Counted from the first letter of the stretch, positions 50,120-62,628 are shown. The stretch is 64,000 bases of DNA from Terriglobia bacterium (GCA_963666975.2 CAXVYR010000004.1:800001-864000); one strand, 5' to 3'. Notes: generated by a model not told the origin, from the letters alone. Numbers and translations: made by a program.

Positions 50120-50308
50120 CGGCTGATTGCCGGGGCCTTTGTGCTGGCGAGCATGGCGCTGGGATGGTGGGTGAGTCCGTACTGGCTGCTGTTCACCGCT
50201 TTTGCAGGACTGAACTTGTTCCAGTTCGTGTTTACCAACTGGTCTCCGATGATGGCCTTGCTGAACAAATGCGGTCTTCGAAACGTGAGACTCAGCAGCT
50301 CTTCATAA
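50120..50308 (+). pseudogene. DUF2892 (YgaP-like) membrane protein lacking a start codon (not in ORF track)
   Basis: RLIAGAFVLASMALGWWVSPYWLLFTAFAGLNLFQFVFTNWSPMMALL; in-frame stop upstream at 50090; the family WCP motif reads WSP. Confidence 0.65.
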
Positions 50309-50382
50309 GAAAAAAGCAACCCCGCAACTTGGCAGTGTTTGCGCCCTCCCCGCTTTCAGAGCGAAACACGCGCATATCCCGC

Positions 50383-50658
50383 TTATCGAGACGGTTTTCG
50401 CCTCTCCAGCCTGTCCAGGTTCCGAAAGGCCACGCGAATATCCGTGAGCACGTAGAGTTCGATCCCTGTTTTCGCGAACTGCTCTACTTTCTTGGCATCC
50501 ATAAAAAGTTGCTCTCGATGACGGTCTTTTTCCAGGATGATGGTGTAGGAACGGTGTCCTGGGGTGGGCGGAAAGACGCGGCAGTTCACATCCCGGTTGC
50601 CCCGATAGATCAGCAATTTCTGGATTAGCTGGGTCAGACTGGTACTGGCGTCAACCAT
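50383..50658 (-). CDS. Hypothetical protein
   Basis: 91-aa ORF (MVDASTSLTQLIQKLL...) with AGGA upstream, divergent from pdaD. Confidence 0.5.
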   Translation of the reverse strand: MVDASTSLTQLIQKLLIYRGNRDVNCRVFPPTPGHRSYTIILEKDRHREQLFMDAKKVEQFAKTGIELYVLTDIRVAFRNLDRLERRKPSR

Positions 50659-50994
50659 ACAAACAGGCGTCCTGGAGAAGCCGCAAGATGTAGCCACATT
50701 ATCACGGACCTCCTGTGGAAAGCAAACCCTCTGAAACCAGCCCTGAATCTGGTTAGGCCTCCGGGGAAAGAAAACCCGCATGAGGCCGTTGTTTTCTGCT
50801 GCACGGACACGCATCCCGCTGCCCGCCCCGTCCCACCCCTCAAAAAACCTTTGACTGACTGATATGATTCTGTTAAGTTTGCGCGCTGACTCTTTCAAGG
50901 GGAAGTATCTTTCACCCGGACAACCCAATGATTGGGAAGGGCCTCCCCGCCGGGGGGGTATGGATGGGAACGGGCGGAATGTTCAGGAAGACAA

Positions 50995-51540
50995 ATGTTC
51001 TTGGCGAAACAGATTTTTCTCACCAAGGGTGCCGGCAAGCACCGGGAACGGCTCTCCAGCTTTGAGTTGGCCCTGCGGTCGGCTGGAATCGCAGCCTGTA
51101 ATCTCGTTAAAGTGTCCAGTATTTTCCCTCCGAGGTGCAAGCTGATTGGCCGGCCCGCTGGATTAAAAAAGCTGTCCCCGGGAGAGGTGGTCTTCGCGGT
51201 TTTGAGCGAAAATGCGACGCGGGAGCCGCACCGGTTGATTGCCGCCAGCCTGGGCCTGGCTCTGCCCACGGACAAAAATGCCTATGGCTATCTTTCCGAG
51301 CATCACTCTTTCGGCCAAACCGATGAAGATGCGGGCGAGTATGCCGAGGAGTTGGCGGCCGAGATGCTCGCAACCACCTTGAATGTGGCGTTTGATCCAG
51401 ACCGAAGCTGGGATGAAAAGAAAGAAATCTACCGGATATCCAACAAGATCGTCCGCACAACAAACGTCACCCAGTCTGCGGTAGGGGACAAGCGCAGCAA
51501 ATGGACCACTGTGATCACCGCCGCCATCTTTTTGACTTGA
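50995..51540 (+). CDS. pdaD: Pyruvoyl-dependent arginine decarboxylase
   Basis: SFELALRSAGIAACNLVKVSSIFPP self-cleavage site; YGYLSEHH. Confidence 0.93.
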   Translation: MFLAKQIFLTKGAGKHRERLSSFELALRSAGIAACNLVKVSSIFPPRCKLIGRPAGLKKLSPGEVVFAVLSENATREPHRLIAASLGLALPTDKNAYGYLSEHHSFGQTDEDAGEYAEELAAEMLATTLNVAFDPDRSWDEKKEIYRISNKIVRTTNVTQSAVGDKRSKWTTVITAAIFLT

Positions 51541-51615
51541 ACCTGCAACTTAAACCCGTGACTTGAAGCAAAGAAATTCGCCACATCGATTTGCCTGGGA
51601 GGACAGAAGCTTCCG

Positions 51616-52713
51616 ATGACTGGAAAAAAGCATCCCGGCCCGGCAGCGGACCCGCTGGCGGCCCCAGCGTCTAAACCGCTCCGCGAAAAAAAGGACCTGC
51701 TGAGCAAGCCGACCCGGCCCGTCGTCATCGACGAAGCCAAGGACGTTGCCGCGCTGCTTGAGAAAATGCAGGGCATCTCCTTCCAGGGCCGCTCTCTCGC
51801 CGAGGCCTTCCGAATCTGGCGCGAGATGCTCCAGGACGAATGCGTCATCATGATGGGAATGGCGGGAGCCATGGTGCCGGCTGGAATGCGCCGCTTGGTG
51901 GTCTATTTGATCGAGAACCGCCTCATTGATTGCCTGGTATCCACGGGCGCGAATTTCTTCCACGATATTCATGAGAGCCTCGGGCGAAAACATTTTCAGC
52001 ACTCCCCGGACATCGATGACGTGATGCTGCAGGAACATCTGATTGACCGGATGTATGACACGCTGGCCGACGAGGCGGAGTTCCGGGAAGAGGACGCCTG
52101 GATCGGGGAATTCTCCGGAACTCTCGACTCCTCCCGCCCGTACACGACCCGGGAGTTTCTGTACTTGCTGGGAAAGGAAGTTGCCTCGCGCTCCAAAACG
52201 GAGGGCATCGTGACGGCGGCCTACAAGGCGGGCATCCCGCTCTACTGTCCAGCCATAGCCGACTCTTCGATCGGCATCGGCATCGCCCAGAGCCGGTATT
52301 TCGGCCAAAGCAAGATGAACTTTGACGTGATTCAAGATGTTGTGGAAACCTCCTGGATCACGGCCAAGGCAAAAAACACCGGGGTCATTTATTTCGGCGG
52401 CGGGACGCCCAAAAATTTCATCCAGCAGGCCGAGGTCACGGCGATCATGATGAAGCGCGATGTGGCGGGCCACCGCTACGCGCTCCAGATTATCACCGAC
52501 TCCCCCCACTGGGGAGGCCTTTCCGGATGCACCTTCGAGGAGGCCCAAAGCTGGGGCAAGATTGCCAAGGACGCCCGCATGGTCACTTGCCACTGCGACT
52601 CCACCATCGCCATGCCCATGCTCGTCACGGGACTTTCGCAGTTCCCGGACCTCATCAAAAAACGGCGGCTTCCGAAGTTCCAAATGGGCCAGAAATTTGA
52701 TTTGACCCATTGA
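51616..52713 (+). CDS. Deoxyhypusine synthase-like protein (putative homospermidine synthase)
   Basis: STGAN..HD, CPAIADSSIG, GGGTPKNF, GGLSGCTFEEAQSWGK (catalytic Lys present), DSTIA. Confidence 0.92.
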   Translation: MTGKKHPGPAADPLAAPASKPLREKKDLLSKPTRPVVIDEAKDVAALLEKMQGISFQGRSLAEAFRIWREMLQDECVIMMGMAGAMVPAGMRRLVVYLIENRLIDCLVSTGANFFHDIHESLGRKHFQHSPDIDDVMLQEHLIDRMYDTLADEAEFREEDAWIGEFSGTLDSSRPYTTREFLYLLGKEVASRSKTEGIVTAAYKAGIPLYCPAIADSSIGIGIAQSRYFGQSKMNFDVIQDVVETSWITAKAKNTGVIYFGGGTPKNFIQQAEVTAIMMKRDVAGHRYALQIITDSPHWGGLSGCTFEEAQSWGKIAKDARMVTCHCDSTIAMPMLVTGLSQFPDLIKKRRLPKFQMGQKFDLTH

Positions 52714-52788
52714 CGGCGCTCCCATCGCCGGCCTCACTGGCGGATGCGGACTTTCGGTGACCATGCTTTCTAACTATCCTTTCTAACT

Positions 52789-53694
52789 ATGCTTTCTAGC
52801 TATCCCTCCCGCCTCCCTCAGAACTTCGGCGGCATAGAAGACGCTCTTTCCGACTACGCCCGTTCCGCCGTGGTCGTCTGGCCGATCTCCTTGGAACGAA
52901 CCACTTCCTATAAAACCGGGACTCGCTATGGCCCGGCGGCAATCCTCGAAGCCTCCCGAAACATGGAACTTTACGACGAAGAGTTGAAAACCGAACCGTA
53001 CCGGCACGGCATTCACACGCTGCCGGAGATGGAAACGCAGGATGGGTCCTTCGATCAGGTCCTGGCGAAAGTGCATACCGTTATGAACGGCCTGCTGGCC
53101 GACGGCAAGTTTGTGGTGGCGCTGGGAGGGGAGCATTCGCTGACCCCCCCGCTGGTTGCGGCCTGCGCGAAGAAATTCGAGTCACTTTCGGTCTTGCAGA
53201 TCGACGCGCACGCGGACCTGCGCGACTCCTACGAAGGAACCCCCAACAGCCACGCTTGCGCCATGCGGCGTGTTCTGGAAATCTGCCCTGCGGTTCAAGT
53301 GGGCATACGCAGCATGTCGCAGGAGGAGGCCCAGGCGCTGCCGCAGATCAATAACACCCGCTTGTTCTATGCCTCGCAGGTCGCCGGGCGGCCTCCGGAA
53401 AAATGGATTCCCGAGGTGGTGGACTCTCTTTCTGCAAACGTCTACCTCACTCTGGACGTCGATGGCCTGGACCCTTCCATCATGCCGGCCACGGGCACGC
53501 CGGAGCCGGGAGGTTTGGGATGGTACGAAGTGCTGGCCCTGCTGCGGGCCGTGGCGGAGCGAAAACGCATCGTCGCCATGGACCTGGTGGAGCTTCTCCC
53601 GCAGCCCGGCTTTCATTCCTGCGATTTTCTCTGTTCCAAGCTGGCTTACAAAACGGTGGGGTACGTGATGGATTCGCGGTCTCGCCGAGCGTAA
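52789..53694 (+). CDS. speB: Agmatinase / ureohydrolase
   Basis: GGEHS, DAHADLRD, SHAC, DVDGLDPS..PATGTPEPGG. Confidence 0.93.
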   Translation: MLSSYPSRLPQNFGGIEDALSDYARSAVVVWPISLERTTSYKTGTRYGPAAILEASRNMELYDEELKTEPYRHGIHTLPEMETQDGSFDQVLAKVHTVMNGLLADGKFVVALGGEHSLTPPLVAACAKKFESLSVLQIDAHADLRDSYEGTPNSHACAMRRVLEICPAVQVGIRSMSQEEAQALPQINNTRLFYASQVAGRPPEKWIPEVVDSLSANVYLTLDVDGLDPSIMPATGTPEPGGLGWYEVLALLRAVAERKRIVAMDLVELLPQPGFHSCDFLCSKLAYKTVGYVMDSRSRRA

Positions 53695-53752
53695 ATTGTC
53701 AGACTAATATTCTCGTTTCCAAAGTAGAATACTGGATGGAGCGACAAACACG

Positions 53753-53974
53753 ATGAGAGACTATGAATTCACTATAGTGATTGAGAAGGACGAAGACGGC
53801 CGTTTTGTAGCCATCTGCCCGGCACTCCAGGGCTGCTACACGGAAGGGGAAACCGAGGAAGAAGCGCGGCAACTCATCGAAGATGCGATCCGGCTGCATA
53901 TTGAAAGCCGTCTCGCGAGGAATGAGCCCATATCCGAAGAGGTTCGATCTCACAAGGTTCGTATTGCGGTGTGA
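53753..53974 (+). CDS. hicB: HicB-family antitoxin
   Basis: IVIEKDEDG.FVA.CPALQGCYTEGETEEEA. Confidence 0.9.
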   Translation: MRDYEFTIVIEKDEDGRFVAICPALQGCYTEGETEEEARQLIEDAIRLHIESRLARNEPISEEVRSHKVRIAV

Positions 53975-54195
53975 CTCCAAAACTTCCTTCCTTCACCGCC
54001 CGCCAAGTCATTTCTATTCTGAAGAAGCATGGCTTCGTCTTGGACCGGCAGTCCGGAAGCCATGCCGTCCTCATCCATTCTGACGGGCGGCGGACTACGG
54101 TTCCCATCCATGGCAAACGCGATCTCGGCAAAGGACTCCTGCGCCAGATCATAGGCGATGCCGAGCTTACCCTTGACGATTTAATCCGGAAATGA
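53971..54195 (+). CDS. hicA: HicA-family toxin
   Basis: L.KHGF..RQSGSH...TVPIH...GLLRQI; GTGA overlap with hicB. Confidence 0.9.
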   Translation: MTPKLPSFTARQVISILKKHGFVLDRQSGSHAVLIHSDGRRTTVPIHGKRDLGKGLLRQIIGDAELTLDDLIRK

Positions 54196-54240
54196 AGCGG
54201 CTGCCCGGGTGAGGGTATCCGAGCAAGAGGTCAAACACGG

Positions 54241-55575
<1,335 letters not shown>

Positions 55576-55812
55576 GCCCCCTCAGACCAAGTGAATTTAA
55601 GAAGTCGCGAAGTCGTAATGACGCGAACTGAAATCGTGTGACCCGCAATCATGCGAGATGCAGATGGTGTTTTGCAAGGGAATTATAGCGGAGACGGCTT
55701 TGGGACGCTTGCCTGTGAAGGAAACGACAACTAATGGGAACTATAGCCATCCGCCGGGAATGTTATAGTAGAATACGCGGGATTTCTGTGAAAAGTTGTG
55801 GAGGGTCAGGTG

Positions 55813-57744
55813 ATGCGTAGAGGAAAGCTTTGCTCCTATCGTTCTCTGAATCTGTCTCTGTATCTGTGCTTGGTGCTGCTGGCGGCGGTATCGCTTTCCT
55901 GCTCGCTGGAGCAGGGCGGACCGGGTGGGACCAGCTCGGAGGGAGAAAACGGCAGCAGAGTCGTCTCCCCCGGCGACTTCGAGATGACCGGCATGGTCAA
56001 GGTGGATGAATTCAACGACCAAGCCACCGGCAACGAAGTCCCTCGCAAGGGCGGCCAAGTCGTGATTCGCTATCCGGTTGAACCCGACTCGCTGAACATG
56101 TGGTTGAGCGGCAGCGGGGCTTATTCCCAATACATTACCGGCTACATATACAACTCTCTTTTGCGGCGAGACTCGGAGACCTTCGAATGGGAAGGAAGCC
56201 TGGCAGAGAAGTGGATCGAAGAAGATATTGTCGTCAAGACAGATGGAGAGCAGTTGAGGGGGATTGTTTCCGAGCCGCGAGGCGAAGCTGGTCCACTGAC
56301 GATCAAGACCTCCTCGGAGACTATCACTGTCTCCCGGCAGGAGGTTGAGGAGGTTCGCAATGGTGTTTCCTTCACCTTTTATCTGCGCCGGGACGTGCGA
56401 TTTCACGACGGCAAACCGATGACCGCCGCCGACGTGAAGTTCAGCTTTGAGACCATCAAAAACGAATACGTGGATGCTCCCTCGCTGAGAAATTACTATG
56501 ACGACCTCGAAAGCTGTGAAGTGCTGGATGACTACACGGTGCGGCTGACGTACTCCAAGCAATACTGGATGGCGCGCGACTTCGCTGGCGGATTTTCGGT
56601 TCTTCCCATGCATCTGTACAACTCCGACGGTCTGCTCGAAAAGGACCCGGAGGCCTTTGGTAAGCGGTTCAATGAAAGTCCCTATAACCGCAAGCCCGTC
56701 GGCACCGGGCCTTATCAGTTTGAGAGTTGGGAGACGGGCCTTCAAGTTGCTCTGAAGAGGTTTGACGACTATTGGGACGCCCCGCGCCGGGGACGCCTGG
56801 ACCGGATCGGCTTCAAGTTCATCAGTGACAATGTCGCCGCCCTGCAAGCCTTTAAGAATGGAGAAGTGGATTTCCTGCCAGGTGTTACCCCCGAGCAGTT
56901 CGAGCAAGAAACCAACAGCGAGGAGTTTCTGGAAGGATTTGTCAAAGCGGCATACTATACGGAATCTTTCAATTACATCGGCTGGAACACACGCCGACCG
57001 CCTTTCGACGATCCCAAGGTGCGCCTGGCGATGGCCTACGGAGCCTTTGACCGTCAAGAATTCCTGGAAAAAGTCCTTTACCAGCGCGGCATTGTGGTAA
57101 CGGGAAGCCAATACTATTACGGAACAGCCTACGACCACAGCATCCAGCCCTACCCCTTTGATCCTGAGAAAGCCAAGCAATTGTTGCTGGAGGCCGGTTT
57201 GTACGACCGGGATGCAGACGGACTCCGAGACAAAGACGGCAGGCCGTTCCGGTTTGAGTTGCTTCTGCCGTCCGGTAACCAAATTGCGCGGCAGAGGGCC
57301 GCCCTGATGAAGGAAAACCTGCAAAAATTGGGCATCGAGATGACGATCCGCGAGCTGGAGTGGGCCACTTTCATCGAAAATATCAACGACCGGCAATTTG
57401 ACGCTTGCAACCTGGGGTGGGCAACCTCGCTGGAGTCGGATCCCTACCAGATCTGGCACACCTCCCAGATGGAGAACCGCGGCTCGAACCACGTGGGTTT
57501 CGGGAACGAAGAGACGGATCGGATCATCGAACAATCGCGCGTCACGCTCGATGAGGAGGCCCGGCGGATGCTGTTCTTTGAGCTGCACCGCATCCAGCAC
57601 GAGCAGCAGCCCTATCTTTTCCTTTACACCGCCCCGAACCTGGGCGTTTATGACAAGCGCTTTCGGGGCGTGAAGCTCTACAAGGTGCGGCCCGGCTACG
57701 ACCTGACCGAATGGTACCTCCCGGAGGAGGGTCCCGCCTCATAA
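55813..57744 (+). CDS. Peptide/nickel ABC transporter substrate-binding lipoprotein (family 5)
   Basis: Lipobox SLS-C, FHDGKPMTAADVKFS, PVGTGPY, FDDPKVRLA. Confidence 0.92.
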   Translation: MRRGKLCSYRSLNLSLYLCLVLLAAVSLSCSLEQGGPGGTSSEGENGSRVVSPGDFEMTGMVKVDEFNDQATGNEVPRKGGQVVIRYPVEPDSLNMWLSGSGAYSQYITGYIYNSLLRRDSETFEWEGSLAEKWIEEDIVVKTDGEQLRGIVSEPRGEAGPLTIKTSSETITVSRQEVEEVRNGVSFTFYLRRDVRFHDGKPMTAADVKFSFETIKNEYVDAPSLRNYYDDLESCEVLDDYTVRLTYSKQYWMARDFAGGFSVLPMHLYNSDGLLEKDPEAFGKRFNESPYNRKPVGTGPYQFESWETGLQVALKRFDDYWDAPRRGRLDRIGFKFISDNVAALQAFKNGEVDFLPGVTPEQFEQETNSEEFLEGFVKAAYYTESFNYIGWNTRRPPFDDPKVRLAMAYGAFDRQEFLEKVLYQRGIVVTGSQYYYGTAYDHSIQPYPFDPEKAKQLLLEAGLYDRDADGLRDKDGRPFRFELLLPSGNQIARQRAALMKENLQKLGIEMTIRELEWATFIENINDRQFDACNLGWATSLESDPYQIWHTSQMENRGSNHVGFGNEETDRIIEQSRVTLDEEARRMLFFELHRIQHEQQPYLFLYTAPNLGVYDKRFRGVKLYKVRPGYDLTEWYLPEEGPAS

Positions 57745-57832
57745 CTATGCTTCTGTTTGAGCAAAACCGCGAAAGGGCCAAAGTCCGAGCCGCGCGCGTA
57801 AGCAAGCGGACACGAACGCTGTGGACCGCTCC

Positions 57833-58837
57833 ATGAAGACCTACATTCTGAAAAGGCTCCTGCTGATGTTCCCCACGATGCTGGGGATTACCATCGTCAC
57901 CTTCGGCATCATCCGCCTGGCGCCCGGAGACCCGGCGGCCATGAGGGTGGGCAGCAGCGCGCAAGGCACCATCGGCGAGCAACAACTGGCGCGGGAGATC
58001 ATTGAGAAGACGCGGGCGCAGTTCGGCCTCGACAAACCCATCCCGGTGCAATATCTCCTCTGGCTCCAGAGGATCGTCACCCTGGACTTCGGACGCTCCT
58101 ACAAAGACAACCGCCCGGTGACCGACAGAATCCTGGAGAGGGTTCCGGTCACTTTGCAGTTGAACATCATCTCTATCTTTCTGGTTTATTTGTTCGCTAT
58201 TCCCATCGGGATTTACTCTTCCACCCATCAGTATTCTTTCTCCGACAAAGCCGTCACGCTGTTCCTGTTCATCCTGTACTCGATGCCAAGCTTCTGGATG
58301 GCGACCATGCTGATCCTCTATCTGGGAGGGGGAGACCACCTGCATTGGTTCCCGATCACGGCGCTGAGTTCTATGGGGGCCGCGGAGATGAGTTCCTCCG
58401 AATGGCTGCTGGACCGCCTTTGGCATCTGGTGCTGCCGGTCTTCTGTCTCACCTACGCCGGGCTGGCCTACGTCTCGCGGCAGATGAGGGCCGGGATGCT
58501 GGAGACCATTCGCCAGGACTACATCCGCACGGCGCGGGCCAAGGGCGTGAGCGAAAAAGTGGTGATCTTCAAACACGCCCTGCGGAATTCCCTGATTCCC
58601 ATCGTGACGCTGCTGGGCTTTCTGCTCCCGGCGATGCTCGGCGGCAGCATCATCATCGAGAGCATCTTCACGATCCCCGGCATGGGGCAGTTAGGGTTTG
58701 AAGCGATCCTCTCGCGCGACTACCCGGTGGTGATGGCGGTCACAACCATCGCCGCCTTCCTTACGCTGGTGGGACTGCTGCTGTCGGACGTCCTCTACGC
58801 CATCGTGAACCCCACCATCTCCCTGGAGGCTCAATAA
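57833..58837 (+). CDS. Peptide ABC transporter permease (OppB/DppB-like)
   Basis: APGDPA, DFGRS, EAA loop DYIRTARAKG, HALRN, RDYP. Confidence 0.93.
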   Translation: MKTYILKRLLLMFPTMLGITIVTFGIIRLAPGDPAAMRVGSSAQGTIGEQQLAREIIEKTRAQFGLDKPIPVQYLLWLQRIVTLDFGRSYKDNRPVTDRILERVPVTLQLNIISIFLVYLFAIPIGIYSSTHQYSFSDKAVTLFLFILYSMPSFWMATMLILYLGGGDHLHWFPITALSSMGAAEMSSSEWLLDRLWHLVLPVFCLTYAGLAYVSRQMRAGMLETIRQDYIRTARAKGVSEKVVIFKHALRNSLIPIVTLLGFLLPAMLGGSIIIESIFTIPGMGQLGFEAILSRDYPVVMAVTTIAAFLTLVGLLLSDVLYAIVNPTISLEAQ

Positions 58838-58843
58838 AAGACC

Positions 58844-60391
58844 ATGGAGGGGAGCCCCGTTACTACATCCACCCAGTTGCAGGGCCCGCCCAAGGGAGAA
58901 AGCTATTGGGACATGGTGCTGCGGCAGTTCCGGCGGAACCGGCTGGCCGTGGGTTCCTTCTTCTTCGTGCTGGCGCTGTTCTCAATCGCTATCGGCGCTC
59001 CGTTTTTGGCGAACAACAAACCGCTGGTTCTGCAGGGAGCTTACCGGGACGCCTACCGGGATCGTCTCCAGGAATGGAAGCTGGCAGGCCACGGCGAAAT
59101 GATAGCGGCCTTGCAGACGGCCAGCGAGAACAACGGCAGCGGAGCTTCCGATGGCCAAGGTCGAGATGTGGAAGCTCGCCTCCAGACGATTCGCAACCAG
59201 TTGGGGTATCTGGCCAGCCAGTTGGCGGAGACCGAGGCGCAGCGGTTGCTTGGCTACCTGGAAGAGTACGAGCAGGCTACCCAGGCCGCCATCGCCGGGG
59301 ACCGCGCCGCCTACTCCGCACAACTCCACCGGCTGGAGCAAAACTATCAGGAGATAGCCCGGCAATATGACCCGGAAGCCGTGACCTTTGAGCAGAAGCT
59401 CTACTGGCCCATCCTCTCTTCGCTGACCGCGATCGACGTCTTTTTCCTCACGCTGGCCGCAACTCTCCTCCTCCTGCCTCTGACGCGGCGTTTCTTGCCA
59501 CCCGCCTTGCGCGACGCCTGGAGAGCTTCGGCGTTGCTGGTCTTCCTCCCCGCCCTGATACTGGCGGGATTCTGGGCGCTGCGGCCCTCGGTTCTGGAGA
59601 CGATAGACTACAAGCAGCAACTGCGAGAGGGCGGCATCGAGAGCACCCTGGCGCTGTTCCCGCCCGTGCCCTACGGGATCAATGAAGACCATTTGGAGGA
59701 CAAGTATCAAAAGCCGGGTTCCCGCTACTGGATGGGCACCGACGGCAACGGCAGAGACCTGCTGACGCGGATGATCTGGGGCTCCCGCATCTCTCTTTCC
59801 GTGGGTTTCGTGGCGGTCGGCATCTACGTGGTGATCGGCGTTTTCATTGGCAGCCTGGCGGGGTATTTCCGGGGCTGGGTGGATATCGGTTTATCGCGCG
59901 TGATTGAGATCGTTATCTGTTTCCCCAGCTTCTTCCTGATCCTGGCCGTGCTGGCTTTTCTCCAGCCGAGCATGTGGAATATCATGGTGGTCATCGGAAT
60001 CACGGGATGGACCACCGAGGCGCGGCTGGTCCGGGGCGAGTTCCTGCGGCTGGCGGACCAGGAGTTCGTGCTGGCGGCGAAAGGCCTGGGGGTGTCGAAC
60101 GCGCGTGTCATCTTCCGCCACATCCTGCCGAACGGCTTGGCGCCGGTCCTGGTGGCCGCCAGCTTCGGCGTGGCCTCGGCCATCCTGATTGAATCGAGCC
60201 TCAGCTTTCTCGGCTTCGGCATCCAGATTCCGATTCCCAGTTGGGGAGGCATCCTGAATGAAGCGCGGGAAAACTTCCGCTACTGGTGGATCACCATCTT
60301 TCCGGGTCTGGCCATATTCTCCGCCGTGACCGCTTACAATTTGGTGGGTGAGGGAATTCGCGACGCCATAGACCCGAGGTTAAAGCTATGA
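58844..60391 (+). CDS. Peptide ABC transporter permease (OppC/DppC-like) with a large insertion
   Basis: [42 protein letters not shown]; ~220 extra aa after TM1. Confidence 0.9.
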   Translation: MEGSPVTTSTQLQGPPKGESYWDMVLRQFRRNRLAVGSFFFVLALFSIAIGAPFLANNKPLVLQGAYRDAYRDRLQEWKLAGHGEMIAALQTASENNGSGASDGQGRDVEARLQTIRNQLGYLASQLAETEAQRLLGYLEEYEQATQAAIAGDRAAYSAQLHRLEQNYQEIARQYDPEAVTFEQKLYWPILSSLTAIDVFFLTLAATLLLLPLTRRFLPPALRDAWRASALLVFLPALILAGFWALRPSVLETIDYKQQLREGGIESTLALFPPVPYGINEDHLEDKYQKPGSRYWMGTDGNGRDLLTRMIWGSRISLSVGFVAVGIYVVIGVFIGSLAGYFRGWVDIGLSRVIEIVICFPSFFLILAVLAFLQPSMWNIMVVIGITGWTTEARLVRGEFLRLADQEFVLAAKGLGVSNARVIFRHILPNGLAPVLVAASFGVASAILIESSLSFLGFGIQIPIPSWGGILNEARENFRYWWITIFPGLAIFSAVTAYNLVGEGIRDAIDPRLKL

Positions 60392-61443
60392 GCGCTTCCG
60401 GAGCCATGCCGGCCAGTCTGTCGCCGGGCGCCGCGCCGCTCGAAGGAGAAAAAGCTCCGCTGCTCGAGGTGCAGGGCCTGAAAACCTATTTCTACACCGA
60501 CCGGGGCGTTGCCAGGGCTGTCGACGGCGTCAGCTTCACCATCCCGCACCGCAGCACCTTGGGACTGGTCGGAGAGAGCGGCTGCGGAAAGAGCGTGACG
60601 GCGCTCTCGATCTTGCGCCTCATCGCTTCCCCGCCCGGAAAGATGATCGAAGGCTCCATTCGCATGGAAGGAACCGAGCTGTCGAGCCTTTCCGAAGAGG
60701 AGATGCGGCAGGTGCGGGGCAACCAAATCTCCATGATCTTTCAGGAACCGATGACCTCGCTCAACCCGGTCTTTACCTTGGGCGATCAAATCATGGAGGC
60801 GCTTTTGCTCCACCGCTACCTGGGCCGCCATGAGGCGCGCGAGCAGGCCGTGGAGATGCTGCGGCGGGTCAAGATACCTTCGCCCGAGACGCTGATCCAG
60901 CAATACCCTCACCAGATTTCCGGCGGGATGCGGCAGCGCGTGATGATCGCCATGGCGCTGGTCTGCCGTCCGAAGCTGCTGATTGCCGACGAGCCGACGA
61001 CCGCCCTGGACGTGACCATCCAAGCGCAGATTCTGGAGCTGCTCGAGGAATTGCAGGAAGAGTTCGGAATGTCCATCCTGCTCATCACCCACGACCTGGG
61101 TATCGTGGCCGACCTGGCCGACTCGGTGGCGATCATGTATGCGGGACAGATCGCCGAATATGCGGCGACGCGGGAGTTGTTTGCCAGTCCCAGGCATCCT
61201 TATACGCTCGGCCTGTTCCAGTCGCGGCCCCGGCTGGGCATGAAGAAAGCGCGGCTTGATGTGATTCCCGGCGTTGTCCCGAATCCAATTGATTTCCCCC
61301 AAGGCTGCCGGTTTCATCCCCGCTGCTCCTTCGTTGCCGAGGAATGCCGGCAGACTCCAGCCACGCTGGAAGAAGTAGCCCAAGGACACGGCTCGGCTTG
61401 CCTGCGGGTGCAGAAGCGGCAGTTGGAACTTCCCAGAACGTGA
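60388..61443 (+). CDS. Peptide ABC transporter ATPase (OppD-like)
   Basis: [25 protein letters not shown]-terminal GCRFHPRC. Confidence 0.94.
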   Translation: MSASGAMPASLSPGAAPLEGEKAPLLEVQGLKTYFYTDRGVARAVDGVSFTIPHRSTLGLVGESGCGKSVTALSILRLIASPPGKMIEGSIRMEGTELSSLSEEEMRQVRGNQISMIFQEPMTSLNPVFTLGDQIMEALLLHRYLGRHEAREQAVEMLRRVKIPSPETLIQQYPHQISGGMRQRVMIAMALVCRPKLLIADEPTTALDVTIQAQILELLEELQEEFGMSILLITHDLGIVADLADSVAIMYAGQIAEYAATRELFASPRHPYTLGLFQSRPRLGMKKARLDVIPGVVPNPIDFPQGCRFHPRCSFVAEECRQTPATLEEVAQGHGSACLRVQKRQLELPRT

Positions 61444-61447
61444 AGAC

Positions 61448-61566
61448 GCCACAGCGGCGCGGAGGCACGCGGAGGCACAGAGATACACATACGAGGAAAC
61501 ACACACCGCGCGATTTTTTGACGTCCTGTTGTTTATAATCTCTGTGCTCTCCGTGCCTCCGTGGCT
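61448..61566. repeat. Intergenic inverted repeat (GGAGGCAC/CACAGAG type)
   Basis: CGGAGGCACGCGGAGGCACAGAGAT pairs imperfectly with ATCTCTGTGCTCTCCGTGCCTCCG, between the two ATPase genes. Confidence 0.7.
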
Positions 61567-61578
61567 ATTTGATGATGC

Positions 61579-62628
61579 ATGGCAGAAACAATCCAATCCG
61601 GTGAACGCAATGAAAAGCTGCTCGAGGTCCGGAACCTCCGCAAGTATTACCCCGTCCGGAAAGGGATTTTTTCCAGAGTCACCGAGCATGTCAAAGCGGT
61701 CGACGGAGTTTCCTTCGACATCCGCCGCCGGGAAACCCTGGGGTTGGTGGGCGAAAGCGGTTGCGGCAAGACCACCGTCGGGCGCACCATCCTGCGGCTG
61801 CTGGAACCAACGGCGGGGGATGTTTTCTTCGACGGAACCCCTGTTTTCAGACTGCCCGGCGGGCAACTCCGCAGGATCCGAAAACAGATGCAGGTCATCT
61901 TCCAAGACCCCTACGGCTCCCTGAACCCGCGCATGACGGTGGGGGGGATTGTGATGGAGGGAATGATCGCCCACGGGCTCTATTCCAAGGCGGAACGGGT
62001 GGAAAAAACCCAGGAGTTGCTTCAGCGGGTGGGACTCGACCGGGAGCATTTCTACCGCTACCCGCACGAGTTCAGCGGAGGCCAGCGGCAGCGGATCGGC
62101 ATTGCGCGGGCCTTGTCGGTGGAGCCGCAGTTCATCGTCTGCGATGAGCCGGTCTCGGCGCTCGACGTCTCCATCCAGGCGCAGATCATCAACCTGCTGG
62201 CTGACTTGAAAAAGGAACTGAGCTTATCTTACCTGTTTATCGCGCACGATCTTTCCGTGGTGGAGCACATCAGCGACCGCGTGGCGGTGATGTACCTGGG
62301 CAAGATCGTGGAGCAGGCTCCCGGCGAGGATCTGTTTGGAAACCCGCTGCACCCTTACACGCAAGCGCTGCTCGCGGCTGTCCCCTCTGCGGAACCTAGA
62401 GAGAACTCCCGTGAGAAAAAGACGCGCCGGACGCTTCCCGGCGACGTGCCCTCCCCGCTCCATCCTCCAGCCGGATGCCCCTTCCACACTCGGTGCCCCG
62501 AGGTTATGGATGTGTGCCGGACGGAGATGCCCCCCACCATCGAGAAAGGCGCAGGCCACCAAATCGCCTGCCACCTGTACAGCATCGGGACCGCCTCGCC
62601 GGGCCAGACAACACCGCCTCAGCCCTAG
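61579..62628 (+). CDS. Peptide ABC transporter ATPase (OppF-like)
   Basis: [32 protein letters not shown]. Confidence 0.94.
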   Translation: MAETIQSGERNEKLLEVRNLRKYYPVRKGIFSRVTEHVKAVDGVSFDIRRRETLGLVGESGCGKTTVGRTILRLLEPTAGDVFFDGTPVFRLPGGQLRRIRKQMQVIFQDPYGSLNPRMTVGGIVMEGMIAHGLYSKAERVEKTQELLQRVGLDREHFYRYPHEFSGGQRQRIGIARALSVEPQFIVCDEPVSALDVSIQAQIINLLADLKKELSLSYLFIAHDLSVVEHISDRVAVMYLGKIVEQAPGEDLFGNPLHPYTQALLAAVPSAEPRENSREKKTRRTLPGDVPSPLHPPAGCPFHTRCPEVMDVCRTEMPPTIEKGAGHQIACHLYSIGTASPGQTTPPQP

